Virus record (IMG/VR): IMGVR_UViG_3300010401_000036
Span: 3,382 to 67,381 of that record
Origin: a virus
Reading direction: 5' to 3' (one strand)
Length of the DNA: 64,000 nucleotides
Shown piece after piece: positions 1-10,583 of this stretch. The translations under genes were made by a program, and so were the position numbers. How positions within the stretch are numbered: position 1 is the first letter of the stretch; each line of letters opens with the position of its first letter. The notes under the pieces were generated by a model. The model made no database searches, had not been told where the DNA came from, and saw nothing but the letters and a program-made list of their open reading frames with translations.

Positions 1-137
1 TGGATACTTCCCGCATTCATAGAAGCCCTGCGCGGGTAGTTCGCTGCAATCCCACGCTCCGAACGACTGCCAGTCATGCCACGGCCAGAAGAACGAAAAC
101 ACCGCGCCGTAGTCGTATGGCTTGCCAATCTGGCTCT

Positions 138-425
138 CTATGAAAGCTTCGAATATGTCCACCTGATCGGCCGTTGCTGTGATGCACCGGAACTCCTCCC
201 GCGTGAACTCCCCGGCATCGTACCCGACCGGACGCCTCCTGACGGAGGCTGGATACTGATCTCGTAATACTCGCCTTCCTGCTCCTGCTCGGCAGGATCG
301 ACAATCAGGTTGAAAAGGGCTTGCTGATCCTGCTGCCCAAACAGTCCAGAGGTCGTAAAGAATACCTCCACAATCCCGTTGTTGGGGCGGACACGGTCGC
401 ATCGTGCTATCAGGTGGCGTTTCAT
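138..425 (-). CDS. hypothetical protein
   Basis: ORF whose start overlaps the stop of the upstream gene (ATGA junction at 422-425); no recognised motif. Confidence 0.45.
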   Translation of the reverse strand: MKRHLIARCDRVRPNNGIVEVFFTTSGLFGQQDQQALFNLIVDPAEQEQEGEYYEISIQPPSGGVRSGTMPGSSRGRSSGASQQRPIRWTYSKLS

Positions 426-739
426 TTAGGAACCACATGCCCCTGTGAAGTGGTGTAGATAAACCCCGCCGCTGCGAGGGCCCCAGAAATGACTATAGCG
501 ACCCCTATTACGATTGCCCCTATCATGTTGATGCCTTGCGATTTGCCTCCGCTTTCCCATCGGAACTGTTCCTGCTTGGACATCCGGTCGGACAAATCGT
601 TCTTGACCTCTTTAAGCTGTGTCGCCAGCAAGTTTGCCGCTGCATCCTGATTGGCTCGCAAAATCTTTGCTAGTTCTAGATCAAACATCAATTTTTGCGC
701 GGATAATTGGTCGACTCGCCTCGTCTCAGCATCACGCAT
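422..739 (-). CDS. membrane-anchored coiled-coil protein of the lysis region (5' end possibly frameshifted, from 822)
   Basis: Coiled-coil N-terminus and one C-terminal TM segment (IGAIVIGVAIVISGALAAAGFIY). Confidence 0.6.
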   Translation of the reverse strand: MRDAETRRVDQLSAQKLMFDLELAKILRANQDAAANLLATQLKEVKNDLSDRMSKQEQFRWESGGKSQGINMIGAIVIGVAIVISGALAAAGFIYTTSQGHVVPK

Positions 740-938
740 ATCGTCACGGTATCGATTGTCCGCGTGGCCAGCGTGTCGAGAACGTTTTTCGTCGGGTCTA
801 TTGGCGGAGGTTTTTCCACCATAATATCTTACGCTAGACCGATAGCAACGAGGTATCCATATCCGAGCGCGGCCGCGCCGAAGAACCCGATCCAGATGCA
901 GGCCTGTTCGAATGTCGTGGCGTCCCAGCGGGTCATGG

Positions 939-1250
939 CTATGCCCGCGAGACCGTAGCGATAGGTGTCACCGCTACTCCGACTGCACCACCTCCGCCTG
1001 TATGCCTCACCATAAATTCAAGATGGTCCGGAGAGCCGGCCTCGAAACGAACATCGAAGCCAAACTCCCATCCCTGACCTTCGCGCAATCTCGGTTCGAT
1101 GAACTTCACGACCTTGCCGACGCGGCCATTGGAGAGATGTATTTCCTTGCCAATAGGCATCAGTGACCAGAGATGTTGCATGATCTCGGGCACCTCACCA
1201 TAGAGGCTCTGGACGAACTTAATCGGATCGATGTCTGTTTCAATCGTCAT
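939..1250 (-). CDS. hypothetical protein
   Basis: Start overlaps the upstream stop; protein-like composition. Confidence 0.55.
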   Translation of the reverse strand: MTIETDIDPIKFVQSLYGEVPEIMQHLWSLMPIGKEIHLSNGRVGKVVKFIEPRLREGQGWEFGFDVRFEAGSPDHLEFMVRHTGGGGAVGVAVTPIATVSRA

Positions 1251-1539
1251 TTCAGCGCGTCCTCAACCGCGTCCCAGATCGTCCGGTTCTCCGGCGTCAG
1301 AAGCTCGACACCGATCTCGTCCACCTCCTCTTTCATATAGGCGCGGACCATCTCTAGCGCCTTCCTCATCTTGTCGTCGCGCGGCGGGATGTTGTAATCC
1401 CCGAAGTTCGGATCGTTCGGGTCCTTGTGGAGATCGTCAACGCCCGTAAACTTCTCTCGCTCCCGCTCCTCCCGGGCGACATCATCCGCCCGGTAGGAGT
1501 CCGAGCCCTGCACGTAGCCGCGGCCGGTCGGACTTCCGC

Positions 1540-1971
1540 TCATGTCGTACCGCCCGACTGCTTGGCGGCGTTCACCGCGTTCAAAGCGGACGTGTAATAG
1601 CTCCACAGCAGCAACAGGTTTGCCATGGTGTTGCCCGTGCCGGCAGCTGATCGAGAGCAGATTTCCTGTGCGGCATTCACTGCCTGGTCAACACGCTCAA
1701 GGTTAGCCGCAGTCTTCGGGCCGGGCGTTCTGGCCGAGTTTAAGATCACCGCTTGAACGGCCGCCTTGTCGGCATTGATATCGCCGAGCATGCTGCACGT
1801 GGTATTGATGCTGTCTAGGGCCGCATCAGTGGTGACTCTGGCGCCGTTCTTGATTGCGGCTACGACGTTGGCCACCTTGGCTTTGGCAGCCGCAATCTCC
1901 TCTTTGGAGAGACAGCCTCCAAGGGAGGTGGCGAGCACAAGAACAGCGATCGTAGCCAGAATTTTCATCAT
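1540..1971 (-). CDS. lipoprotein, possible spanin component
   Basis: Signal peptide with lipobox LGGC, downstream of the endolysin. Confidence 0.6.
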   Translation of the reverse strand: MMKILATIAVLVLATSLGGCLSKEEIAAAKAKVANVVAAIKNGARVTTDAALDSINTTCSMLGDINADKAAVQAVILNSARTPGPKTAANLERVDQAVNAAQEICSRSAAGTGNTMANLLLLWSYYTSALNAVNAAKQSGGTT

Positions 1972-2249
1972 GACGTTTTGGTTCCTTTGCCTTGGATGAA
2001 GATGATAAGTTCTTGGACAGTTGGGATCACAGCGACCAGATCAGGGTAAGCCGCCTTGATGATCGGCGCGGCCTCCTGAACTAGCGGCTCGAGCTGGAGG
2101 ACGTGCGGCATGGCCTTCTGAATGATCGGCTCAAGCTGTTTAGCGGCAGCGACCAATCGGGAGAATCCCGGCAAGGATTGCTCCAGATCGGCCACCGTCT
2201 CATCTGGCATGTTGGCCAGACCGAGTGCGAATCTCAGCATGCCGTTCAT
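1968..2249 (-). CDS. hypothetical lysis-region protein
   Basis: Tightly packed between endolysin and lipoprotein genes. Confidence 0.6.
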   Translation of the reverse strand: MNGMLRFALGLANMPDETVADLEQSLPGFSRLVAAAKQLEPIIQKAMPHVLQLEPLVQEAAPIIKAAYPDLVAVIPTVQELIIFIQGKGTKTS

Positions 2250-2250
2250 G

Positions 2251-2811
2251 TCATACCTTCGGTGCCATTAATGCCGCAACGCCTTTACGGAAGACGTTCA
2301 TATCGAAGCTTGGATCGTCCTTGCGGCCCTTCGGGAGCGCCCATTCCTTGTGGCCGATGCACATATCAGAAGTCGCCTTGATGTGCTTCAGGATGGCCGC
2401 GCAGCCGCGCCGGTAGGCGTCCATCTGCACCTCGGGCCATGGATCGGATCGCGGGCCTTTCGTCTCTCCAGTGTTTTCCGCCTCGATCCCGATGAAGTGA
2501 GCATTGCCATCGGTGATCCCCTTCCACATACCGCGGCCTGCGTGCCAGCATTTGCCCGCAGCAACGATGTGGAAAATCCCGGTACGGCCAAGCGCTAATT
2601 GTGCCAGAGGCCCACCGAGATCAGGCCGCCCCTCGACAATGACGTTCAAATCCAGCATTTCACCGTGCAGCGGACCGCAGGTATGATGGCAGATGATCCC
2701 ACGAACCTCGCCCTCGTCGCCGTGCCCGCGGTTCTTCCAGCCTGGGACTTCGCTGACCTGAAGCCCCGCATCAGAAAGAACCTTGGGGAGCCATAGAAGC
2801 GAAAAGGTCAT
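2251..2811 (-). CDS. endolysin, N-acetylmuramoyl-L-alanine amidase (Amidase_2)
   Basis: IICHHT, WHAG, IGIEAEN and GHKE..KDDP Zn-amidase motifs. Confidence 0.92.
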   Translation of the reverse strand: MTFSLLWLPKVLSDAGLQVSEVPGWKNRGHGDEGEVRGIICHHTCGPLHGEMLDLNVIVEGRPDLGGPLAQLALGRTGIFHIVAAGKCWHAGRGMWKGITDGNAHFIGIEAENTGETKGPRSDPWPEVQMDAYRRGCAAILKHIKATSDMCIGHKEWALPKGRKDDPSFDMNVFRKGVAALMAPKV

Positions 2812-3170
2812 GCCGCCCTCGCCATGGTGACGGCCTCAGACGAACCGGCTACAACGGTCGTCTTGCCCGGCAACGAATCGGCCAGTTCTCGACCCGCCAT
2901 GGTCGGCTCCATTACCACGGCCTTGACCGGAGAATCCGGCTGCTTCGCCATGGTGTCAACGACCGCAACCGCGTTCTTTTCGGTGTGGACAAACAAGCCC
3001 CATGCACCGGAAATTAGAGACGCTGCAATCGCTAGCGTCGTCGGGCTGTTGAGGACGCTGGTCACCTGGTCAATGGTGAACCATCCCTTTGCGGCGAACC
3101 ATCCTGCTACGACACCACCGAAGGTAGTAATTAACCACCTAAGACCGCTCTTTACCTGCTCCTGATTCAT
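2808..3170 (-). CDS. holin-like membrane protein
   Basis: Two TM segments; directly upstream of the endolysin; start chosen at MNQEQ. Confidence 0.65.
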   Translation of the reverse strand: MNQEQVKSGLRWLITTFGGVVAGWFAAKGWFTIDQVTSVLNSPTTLAIAASLISGAWGLFVHTEKNAVAVVDTMAKQPDSPVKAVVMEPTMAGRELADSLPGKTTVVAGSSEAVTMARAA

Positions 3171-3219
3171 GTTCAACCTTTCGCCGATCTGACGGCTGAT
3201 GTTTTGGGAAAACGCAACT

Positions 3220-5433
3220 CTAAGCGAGGCCTCTTTTTGCCTCATATGCCAACTGCAACGCACGATTGGAAGAATGAACTTTGCGACTATTAGAAACGAC
3301 ATTCCCGCCTCGTGCAAACCCGGCCGATTCCGGTTTGCTCCTGTCATTCTGATCTGCCGCGCGCACCGAAGATGTCAGGAGTTTTGGCACGGAACTCGCT
3401 ACCCCAGTAGAAACGGGACTCTGCGTGCCAAGTGCCACGTTATTAGCAACGCGCCTCAGTCCGTCCATTATGGCCTTGTTCTTCATGGCCAGATCCAAGC
3501 CCTTGCGCATCTGGGTAAGGTCATTGGATGTCAACAGATCGGCGACATAGGAGGCGGTTTTGCTATCGACGCGCCCCATGATTTTCCGGGCGCCCATGGC
3601 CGCGAGATCGCCAGCGTATTTCTTGGCGGCAAGACTACCTGCCAATGATCCGCCAGCTACGTGCTTCCAGTCCCATCCGCTCTCGTACCCGCCAACAAGC
3701 CCACCAGCCAAGCCCGCCTCGATAAGCTGCTTCGCAGTGGTCGAATTGCCCATCGCATTCTTGGCGCCCTGCATGATCGTTTCGAGCGTCATGCGAGCCT
3801 GCATCTTGTTGAGCCCGTCCTGTCCGAACACGGCCAGTGCTCGAGCCCGCTCGTTCGGAGAATTGAACATCGCCTTGGTGATATCGCGGGTGTCGCTGAT
3901 ATTCTTGATGACGCGATCTGCCCAGTCTGAGGCGTAGCCTTCGCGAAACAGATCCTTTTCGTCTGGCTTCATCTGGCGCATGACATCGATGATCTGCTTC
4001 GGATCGACCTTTTTCCCCGCGAGTTTTTGACCAGCCTCAAGGGCATTGCTTTCATTGAAATATTGCGACGCAATACCCCTGGCACTGCCATACGAAGGCA
4101 CGGCCTTGTCCAGTTCGCTACGGAGTGACTTCGCCAAGGTACCCGCGACCGACGACGTATCGCCCTGCCTCTTGGCCACACTGGCCATGCTGTCAAGCTC
4201 GCGCTTCACCGAGTCCCAATATTGCAGGTTCGGATACTGTGGGACCCCAGTTGGCTTAGTCTTGGTGAATTTGATCATGCCGTCTTCGACGGTCACGCCC
4301 GGATTGAAGGCCCCGTATCCTTCGGAAATCGCGCGGTCCTTCCCCGTCGTGACGGCACGCTTCATGGCATCTTCAAAGGCCGGACTCCCCATCAGCCTTT
4401 CGATGGTGGGGGAAATGATTTCGCGATCCCCCTCCTTGAAGGCCTTGGCATAGGCTGGTACCCGGCCAGCATCATATTCGGCGACGATCTGGTCTGAGGT
4501 CTTCCCAGCGTTTGCTCCACCAGAGACGAGATCCTTCACATCCTTGGCAACGCGCTCGCTTTGACCGAGGAATCGTTCGTTGAATGTGTTCTCAAGCTTG
4601 GCCCACGCTCCAGGATCGGTATTCCCGGCCGAACGCAATAGTGCCTGCGTCTTGCCGGCACCGAGGTCAGCCAACGTCACTGGCTCGCCAGCGCGCTTTG
4701 CTGCCAGCCAGTCTGCTGCTGTCATACCCTTGGCTTCGCCAGCCGCGATGGCCTCTTGGTCGCTCATGAGCGCTGAACCAAGACGGCGGGACGCTTCGGC
4801 TTCAGGGTCTTTCCAGCCTCTAAAGGCTCCAATGGCCTTTCCGACAACGGGACCGAGAACGGCACCAATGGCTTGGAAGACGCCCGCACCAGCACCGCCT
4901 CCAATGCCGCCGGTAACGGCACCTGAGCCAGCTCCGATAGCCCGCTCTGAGGCATCAGTACCCGCCCCGGCCCCAGCCAGCGCGCCATATTCAGCCCCGA
5001 CCTGAGCGCCCTTCAGAGCCGGCCGCAATAGCGCCGGAGCTCGAGCCATTCCAGCTTCTGGCAGAACCGCCATGGTAGGAATCGCGCCCGCAACTTCACT
5101 GGCGCCATAGACATAAGGGTGCTGGGTTCGTGCCGTTTCATCTGCGGCACGTTCGCGGGCTATCGATTCGTTGTACCGCTGCACAGCCTCCGGATCACCA
5201 GTCCAGTATTTGTAGGCACCCTTGATGCTGGTCAGGGGCGTCCCTGGGTCTGTAGGGCTTGCTCCACCAGCCTCGTCGATCGCCCGCAGCTCGTCAGCAA
5301 ACCCGAACGTCGCACCCTGCAGCGCGCCGCGGCCGGCAGCAGTCAGCTTGCCAACATCAGGCGCGGCTTCACCAGTAGCCCAATCAGGCGCCGACGCACT
5401 ATCCGCAGTTGCCCAGTCCGGCGCATCGGTCAC
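3220..5433 (-). CDS. internal virion / DNA ejection protein
   Basis: 737 aa, Ala/Gly-rich helical protein (RGALQGATFGFADEL-type N-terminus) at the end of the morphogenesis module. Confidence 0.7.
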   Translation of the reverse strand: MTDAPDWATADSASAPDWATGEAAPDVGKLTAAGRGALQGATFGFADELRAIDEAGGASPTDPGTPLTSIKGAYKYWTGDPEAVQRYNESIARERAADETARTQHPYVYGASEVAGAIPTMAVLPEAGMARAPALLRPALKGAQVGAEYGALAGAGAGTDASERAIGAGSGAVTGGIGGGAGAGVFQAIGAVLGPVVGKAIGAFRGWKDPEAEASRRLGSALMSDQEAIAAGEAKGMTAADWLAAKRAGEPVTLADLGAGKTQALLRSAGNTDPGAWAKLENTFNERFLGQSERVAKDVKDLVSGGANAGKTSDQIVAEYDAGRVPAYAKAFKEGDREIISPTIERLMGSPAFEDAMKRAVTTGKDRAISEGYGAFNPGVTVEDGMIKFTKTKPTGVPQYPNLQYWDSVKRELDSMASVAKRQGDTSSVAGTLAKSLRSELDKAVPSYGSARGIASQYFNESNALEAGQKLAGKKVDPKQIIDVMRQMKPDEKDLFREGYASDWADRVIKNISDTRDITKAMFNSPNERARALAVFGQDGLNKMQARMTLETIMQGAKNAMGNSTTAKQLIEAGLAGGLVGGYESGWDWKHVAGGSLAGSLAAKKYAGDLAAMGARKIMGRVDSKTASYVADLLTSNDLTQMRKGLDLAMKNKAIMDGLRRVANNVALGTQSPVSTGVASSVPKLLTSSVRAADQNDRSKPESAGFARGGNVVSNSRKVHSSNRALQLAYEAKRGLA

Positions 5434-8261
5434 GGCTCAACTCCAAATCTGGCGATGAACTTGTCTTTGACCTCCGGGTGAGCACGGGCGTAGTCGATAT
5501 CTGACTGTGTCGGCTTGGGTTTTTCTGACTTCTCGGGGCCAACCTCTCCAGGCTGGGCCTGACCGTTCTCAGGAATGATCGTCTTGCCTTCCTTGATTGC
5601 GTCACGCTCGCGGGTAACCTGCTTCTGCAACTGCATGACGGCTTTCTTGTACGTCCCCTTTGAAAATGCCGTATCAAGGTAGTGCAAGGCAAGATCGCGG
5701 TCGCTCTCGCGCATGACACCCATCGGGTTCATGGCTCGAGCCCAGTGCTCGGCAAGCTGCAGGTTCGCCATGCCGAAGGTCACAAGGTTCGGATCGTTGG
5801 TAATCAACTGGCCATGCTGGATAAGGCGATCAAGCGGGACATATCCCGTGGCGCGCTGGACCTTTTCCGACTCCTCAAGCGCCGCCGGTACTGCCGCTGC
5901 GGTCGCCTTCAGGATCATGTTGAGATTTTCCTCACGGGTCGACCTGGTGCGAGCCGCGGCGTTCTTGGAAATGCCGCTTGCGCTGTATTCTTGCTTGCGC
6001 TGCGCCATATCCTGATCGGACACGTTCTTGTCGTTCATCTCTTTTGTGATGGCGCTTTGCACCAAGGCCTTGTTTTCAGGATTGAAACCGAGGCTCCGAA
6101 CCCGGGAATCGTCGCCCGTTGCAACGGTATAGCGGGCGATTGCCGTCGCATCTTCTGGGCTCAGGGTTGCCGCTCTGGTACCCTTTGGCTGAATCTTTGC
6201 ATCCTGCGCGGGAGGCTGCCCGGTAACTGCGTCAATGACCTTGCCAGATCCTTGCTCCATGACAAGAGGATGGACCGAATCGCCGACCATGACGCTGCCG
6301 GCCGGCGTGTATTTCTCCCGATCGAGATTGGCCTTCTCCGCGGCAGTCAACTGCGTGTACGGCCGATCGGCCCTTGCCTCAGCCGCCTTCTGCGCCATCG
6401 TCATCTGATTGTAAGGCTGCTGGAAGTGCGCTTCCTCCATGGCCATCTTGGCCTGCTCAAGGTCATGTTTCTGCTGTGCCTCAACCGACTTGGAATAGGC
6501 GCCCACGCCAGCCATGCCAGCTTCACCGAGGCCGCCAAGGAACGATCCCGGGCCGCCCCTGGTAGTTGCCATCATGGCAAGTCCGGCCTGCATCAGACCC
6601 GTACGCAATTCCGGCGTCATCTTGATACCTAGCGAACTAAGGAGTCCGCCCGACTGCTCTGGTGCTTGGGTGTCCTGCGGTCGCCCTACGCCAGCCTTCA
6701 GGTTAGGAGCGCCGGCATACCCCAGCGCCTCGGTGTCCTCACCAGAACTGACCGGAGGAGCAGCGGAGGCCGTCATGCGCCGCGACGAGACACCGGCAGT
6801 AACTTCCGGTGGCAATGGCTCGTCAGGCGCGGCGGCCATCTGCGGCGCAGGCAATCCGGCATCGCTTGCCGCGGCACTGATCTTTTTTCCGTTGTCTCGA
6901 TCGACACGGGCCCGCCAATCCTCCAGATCCTCCGGAGGAGTTAACCGGAACGGGCCGCCGCCGTCATCATAAGTCGGGCCTCCCGGCTCATAGGCCGGCT
7001 TGGACGCCCCGACTCCAGCCGCCATATTCGGATAGGCTGCGTCAAACCGCTCGGTGAAGTCTGGCGTGCCGCCATCGGCTAACCCGCCAGTGGCGTATCC
7101 CTTGATCCTACCTCCGCGCAAATACATAGGATTGAGCGGGGATGGTCCTTGCGGACCACCAACCGACGTTGAACCAAAAGCATCCGGAACCGATGCGCCA
7201 TAATCCAGCGCAGTGCCAGAACCATTGAAGGCGTCCCAGCCTTTCTTGGCCAGAGCGCCAACCCCCTTCATCTGGTCCTGAGACAGTCCTTCCTGTTTCG
7301 GCGCCTGCGGAGCGGATGGCATCGTGGCATGCAGCACGTTGGCGTGAGGCTCCATGGTTGGAACCCATGTCTGGGAATTGCCGTAGGGACTGCCACCCGC
7401 CGCAAAGCCGGCCCGCTTCTCCGTGACCGCGCCGCCGTCCTTGATAAACATCGAAGCCGCAGTGAGGCCAAGCCCAGCCGCCTGCGTCCATGGGTTCGGC
7501 GTCGGGCCCTGTGTCGTGGCCTGCCCCGTCGTGGTCGATCCCATCGACCCGCCAACTGCAGTATCAATCCCGGCCAGCCACTGTGCCACCTGGAACGGGT
7601 AGCCTTGGGCTTGGTAGTAGTCCTGACGCTTCTGGGTATCCTGAGCCTGCTGGGTCTGCTGCTGCAGTGTGCCGGCGCCGACCTGTGCCTGGGCGCCCTG
7701 CATCGCAGCCTGTTGGGCTGAAACCCCGGCCCGCATGCCTTGTTGCTGCTGGTTCTCCGCGGTATTAACGGCCTGCTGATAGCCTTGGCTCCGCAGCCCG
7801 GCGATCACCGGCGCCTGTACCCGCGCCTGTCCCTCAGCGGTCAGCGCCTGCGCCACCCCAACCCGGTCGCCACCCAATGCCCCCTGCGCCGCAGCATTTC
7901 CGGTTACGGTAGAATTGGCGCGCTGGTTCTGGACGTCAAAATCCGCCTGAGTGGCGTTTATGACCTGATTCGTGTAGGGGTCCTGATAGCGCTGGATGTC
8001 GGCCGCGCTGATCGGGTTTCCTGATGCGTCGATCTGACCGATGAATTTTGAATCAGGCCCAGCAATCTGATTGATATTGCCGATGCCGGCCTGCTGCTGT
8101 TCATTGATCGGAGCAGTTTCTTCGCCCTGATATCCTTGATACGGGGTCGACGCCACGCCAGAGGCACGGTTGAGCAGCGCCAGATACGCTTGATAGGCGT
8201 TGGAATCTGGAGAAGTTGAACCGGACTGCGACGTACTGGTCTGTGATGACCCCTTTCCCAA
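5430..8261 (-). CDS. internal virion / DNA ejection protein
   Basis: 943 aa; MGKGSSQT start, Gln/Ala-rich AAAQGALGGDR segment typical of podophage pilot proteins; TTG start after AGGAGG. Confidence 0.7.
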   Translation of the reverse strand: MGKGSSQTSTSQSGSTSPDSNAYQAYLALLNRASGVASTPYQGYQGEETAPINEQQQAGIGNINQIAGPDSKFIGQIDASGNPISAADIQRYQDPYTNQVINATQADFDVQNQRANSTVTGNAAAQGALGGDRVGVAQALTAEGQARVQAPVIAGLRSQGYQQAVNTAENQQQQGMRAGVSAQQAAMQGAQAQVGAGTLQQQTQQAQDTQKRQDYYQAQGYPFQVAQWLAGIDTAVGGSMGSTTTGQATTQGPTPNPWTQAAGLGLTAASMFIKDGGAVTEKRAGFAAGGSPYGNSQTWVPTMEPHANVLHATMPSAPQAPKQEGLSQDQMKGVGALAKKGWDAFNGSGTALDYGASVPDAFGSTSVGGPQGPSPLNPMYLRGGRIKGYATGGLADGGTPDFTERFDAAYPNMAAGVGASKPAYEPGGPTYDDGGGPFRLTPPEDLEDWRARVDRDNGKKISAAASDAGLPAPQMAAAPDEPLPPEVTAGVSSRRMTASAAPPVSSGEDTEALGYAGAPNLKAGVGRPQDTQAPEQSGGLLSSLGIKMTPELRTGLMQAGLAMMATTRGGPGSFLGGLGEAGMAGVGAYSKSVEAQQKHDLEQAKMAMEEAHFQQPYNQMTMAQKAAEARADRPYTQLTAAEKANLDREKYTPAGSVMVGDSVHPLVMEQGSGKVIDAVTGQPPAQDAKIQPKGTRAATLSPEDATAIARYTVATGDDSRVRSLGFNPENKALVQSAITKEMNDKNVSDQDMAQRKQEYSASGISKNAAARTRSTREENLNMILKATAAAVPAALEESEKVQRATGYVPLDRLIQHGQLITNDPNLVTFGMANLQLAEHWARAMNPMGVMRESDRDLALHYLDTAFSKGTYKKAVMQLQKQVTRERDAIKEGKTIIPENGQAQPGEVGPEKSEKPKPTQSDIDYARAHPEVKDKFIARFGVEP

Positions 8262-8262
8262 T

Positions 8263-8820
8263 CTATCCTCCTACTGACTTCAGATGACGTGGCTCGCGTC
8301 CCGATTTGCCACGCTTCGGAAACGGCTCGCGCCAGAAATCCTCGTTTGGCTCCTCGTTCTGCCATTTACTGTTGAAGACAAACCAAGCTCCGGCCGGGAC
8401 ACCAAGCGACCGACGATAAAGCCTGACCTTCCCCTCCATCCGGTAGTTAGTTAGAACCCCGATCGTGAGCGGGATGTTGATCTCCTTGGCGCAAGTTTTG
8501 GCAAAATCGATCAACTGCGTGGCATAATTCTGCGGTGCTTTTCTCACATCAGGTCGGACGAAGTTGAACAGTTCCTCAAGATGATTTGCCTTTGTATACC
8601 AAAATCTCGAAATCAGTAGGTAAATCATCGCCTTGATATCGCCCGGCTCGCCGATAACACCGAGGATTCCGCCCTGACGATTGAACGCGAGGTGAAAGGT
8701 CTTCTTCGCCTCCATCTCGTCCAGTGGCATCACACCGCCTTCGGCGTGCATCTGGCCGAGCAAGCGCATGATTTCGTCTTCGTCGGCGATCGAGGCAATG
8801 CGGACTTTCTCTTCAGTCAT
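8263..8820 (-). CDS. GNAT-like acetyltransferase of the virion module
   Basis: VRIASIAD start and FVRPDVRK...LIDFAK acetyl-CoA-binding-like motif; usual position before ejection genes. Confidence 0.6.
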   Translation of the reverse strand: MTEEKVRIASIADEDEIMRLLGQMHAEGGVMPLDEMEAKKTFHLAFNRQGGILGVIGEPGDIKAMIYLLISRFWYTKANHLEELFNFVRPDVRKAPQNYATQLIDFAKTCAKEINIPLTIGVLTNYRMEGKVRLYRRSLGVPAGAWFVFNSKWQNEEPNEDFWREPFPKRGKSGREPRHLKSVGG

Positions 8821-9566
8821 AAGAGCATTCCAAGAGTTTGAGCATGGAAAATGGGATCACGGGCCCCTTTTGTTAAATTGCAACTCACGCACGTAATCTG
8901 CAAGTTGTATCGATCATTTGTTCCTCCCTTGGATACAGGAAGGATGTGGTCAATATGATATTTCTTACCTAATTTTGTTCTGCAGTAAGCACACTTGTTT
9001 TTCTGCATCTTCTTGATGGCCGCGATATCGGCTGCAGAATGTTTTCCTGGAACGTTCTTCCTCTTAGCTTTTGCGTTCCGCTTACCCTCCCTAACTTTTT
9101 CTGGATTAGCAGCAGCCCACTTTCTTGCTTGAGCACGCGCATAATCTCTATTTATAGCACGCCATTCTTTATTGTAGATTGACCTCTTGACTTTATCTTT
9201 TCTGCCTCGTTCGCGTTGCTTGCGTCTGATTTCATCGCCGTTTAAAGCATACCTGATCTCAGATAGTTGTCGTGCTTTCTCTTTATTTTCTGGTTTAGAA
9301 AACCATTTAGAATTTGATTTCTTCTGAACTATCTTTGCCTTTTCTGGGTGGGCTATCCGCCACTGGCGACTCTTTTCCGCCACATGTTGATTATTTTCCC
9401 TAGCCCATCTTTTGGTATTTTCATTTCCGCACTCAACACAGCAACCGTTATACGTCCATCGTTTACTAATATGACCATGCTTACATGGCTTACCCGTGAA
9501 ATAATATCTTTCTCCAGATGCCACAGCCAGTTTCTTTGGTGATGGAATTTTTTGCCTATAAACCAT
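8817..9566 (-). CDS. HNH homing endonuclease
   Basis: YFTGKPCKHGH N-terminus; CAYC...HIDHILP..GG.N...N...C..CN; AT-rich relative to neighbours. Confidence 0.9.
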   Translation of the reverse strand: MVYRQKIPSPKKLAVASGERYYFTGKPCKHGHISKRWTYNGCCVECGNENTKRWARENNQHVAEKSRQWRIAHPEKAKIVQKKSNSKWFSKPENKEKARQLSEIRYALNGDEIRRKQRERGRKDKVKRSIYNKEWRAINRDYARAQARKWAAANPEKVREGKRNAKAKRKNVPGKHSAADIAAIKKMQKNKCAYCRTKLGKKYHIDHILPVSKGGTNDRYNLQITCVSCNLTKGARDPIFHAQTLGMLL

Positions 9567-9568
9567 GA

Positions 9569-10174
9569 TTAATCTCTAGCCGGCGGGTCAAGACGCTCGA
9601 GCACCTTCACGTGATTCTTCCTGTTTTCGACGACCCAGTTATCCAACAATCTATGGCCCAAAGTCACATCCCCGTCACCGATAATCTTGACTTCGTCGGG
9701 GGATAGGACATGTTCCCCGCCGGCAGCCACAATCGGGACCGGGTGCCCTACGTCTGGTTGGTCGTCCTTTGCGGACCCGCCGATCGCGCGCTTTAGCCTG
9801 TGCTTGCGGATGATGTCTGACGCGCCCTTTGCGGAATGAACCAGCTTGCGGATGCCGTGTGCGCCGATATCCCTGATGTGCTTCATGCCGGCCATGGTGT
9901 TGTCTTCGCCCATGGAGGCAACGTGAGAACTTGGAAGGACATAGCTCCCCGCCGCAACGTCAAGTGGATGCTCATCTGTCCGTCCCGGCACCTCAGACAC
10001 GATTGGCCCTTCAAACACGCCGCCACCGTCTGCTCGACCGCGGCGCTTGGTCTCGTAGGCGATTGCAAGGGCCTGTGCCCGTGACTGGACATGAGGCGAC
10101 TTGCCGACCTCTCCCATCAGCGTCTCGACGTTCTTCTTGAACGCGGGCTTTGATTTGGAATGAACGAGCGGCAT
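9569..10174 (-). CDS. virion-associated protein with GG-motif repeats
   Basis: Start at MPLVHSK; QALAIAY, RADGG...GRTD..P..V..GSYVLP and PIVAAGGEHVL motifs. Confidence 0.7.
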   Translation of the reverse strand: MPLVHSKSKPAFKKNVETLMGEVGKSPHVQSRAQALAIAYETKRRGRADGGGVFEGPIVSEVPGRTDEHPLDVAAGSYVLPSSHVASMGEDNTMAGMKHIRDIGAHGIRKLVHSAKGASDIIRKHRLKRAIGGSAKDDQPDVGHPVPIVAAGGEHVLSPDEVKIIGDGDVTLGHRLLDNWVVENRKNHVKVLERLDPPARD

Positions 10175-10181
10175 GAGGTCC

Positions 10182-10583
10182 TCAGAAGAATTCAATGATT
10201 GTAAACGGTTGTGCAGTCCCTGTCCCCGCAAATCCGGAGAATCCGCAATTGATATTTGGATACTGGGCAGACGGGAACGGCACAGTGCTACCGCCGGCAA
10301 CCGAGAGGGAACCTCCCAATGTCGACGTAGTCGGAGAAGTCGCCATTCCGGTCTGGAACACGTAGCAGGTTGCGGTGCCAGGGTTATGAAAGACAATGCC
10401 GTGCCGAATCGAGCTAGTGCTAACTAGAGGTGTAATGGAAGCGGTTCCCAGCGTGACCGCAGTGAACTTCGGTGAGGTCGTCGTGGTCGCGGCCGGGGTT
10501 GCATTGGACATGCACTGTACCCACGCGGCGAGCTGCACGGCGATGTTCTGGAGCTGGCTGATTACCTCGTCTGCGCCGGCCAT
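10182..10583 (-). CDS. structural protein (beta-rich, Thr/Ser-rich)
   Basis: Start overlaps the upstream stop; composition fits a virion protein. Confidence 0.6.
   Translation of the reverse strand: MAGADEVISQLQNIAVQLAAWVQCMSNATPAATTTTSPKFTAVTLGTASITPLVSTSSIRHGIVFHNPGTATCYVFQTGMATSPTTSTLGGSLSVAGGSTVPFPSAQYPNINCGFSGFAGTGTAQPFTIIEFF

Noticed and set aside
3199-8024. Long plus-strand ORFs (e.g. 5682..6632; likewise 23656..24474, 38391..39209, 44036..44998)
   Set aside because: Antisense shadows of GC-rich coding genes, with no recognisable motifs.
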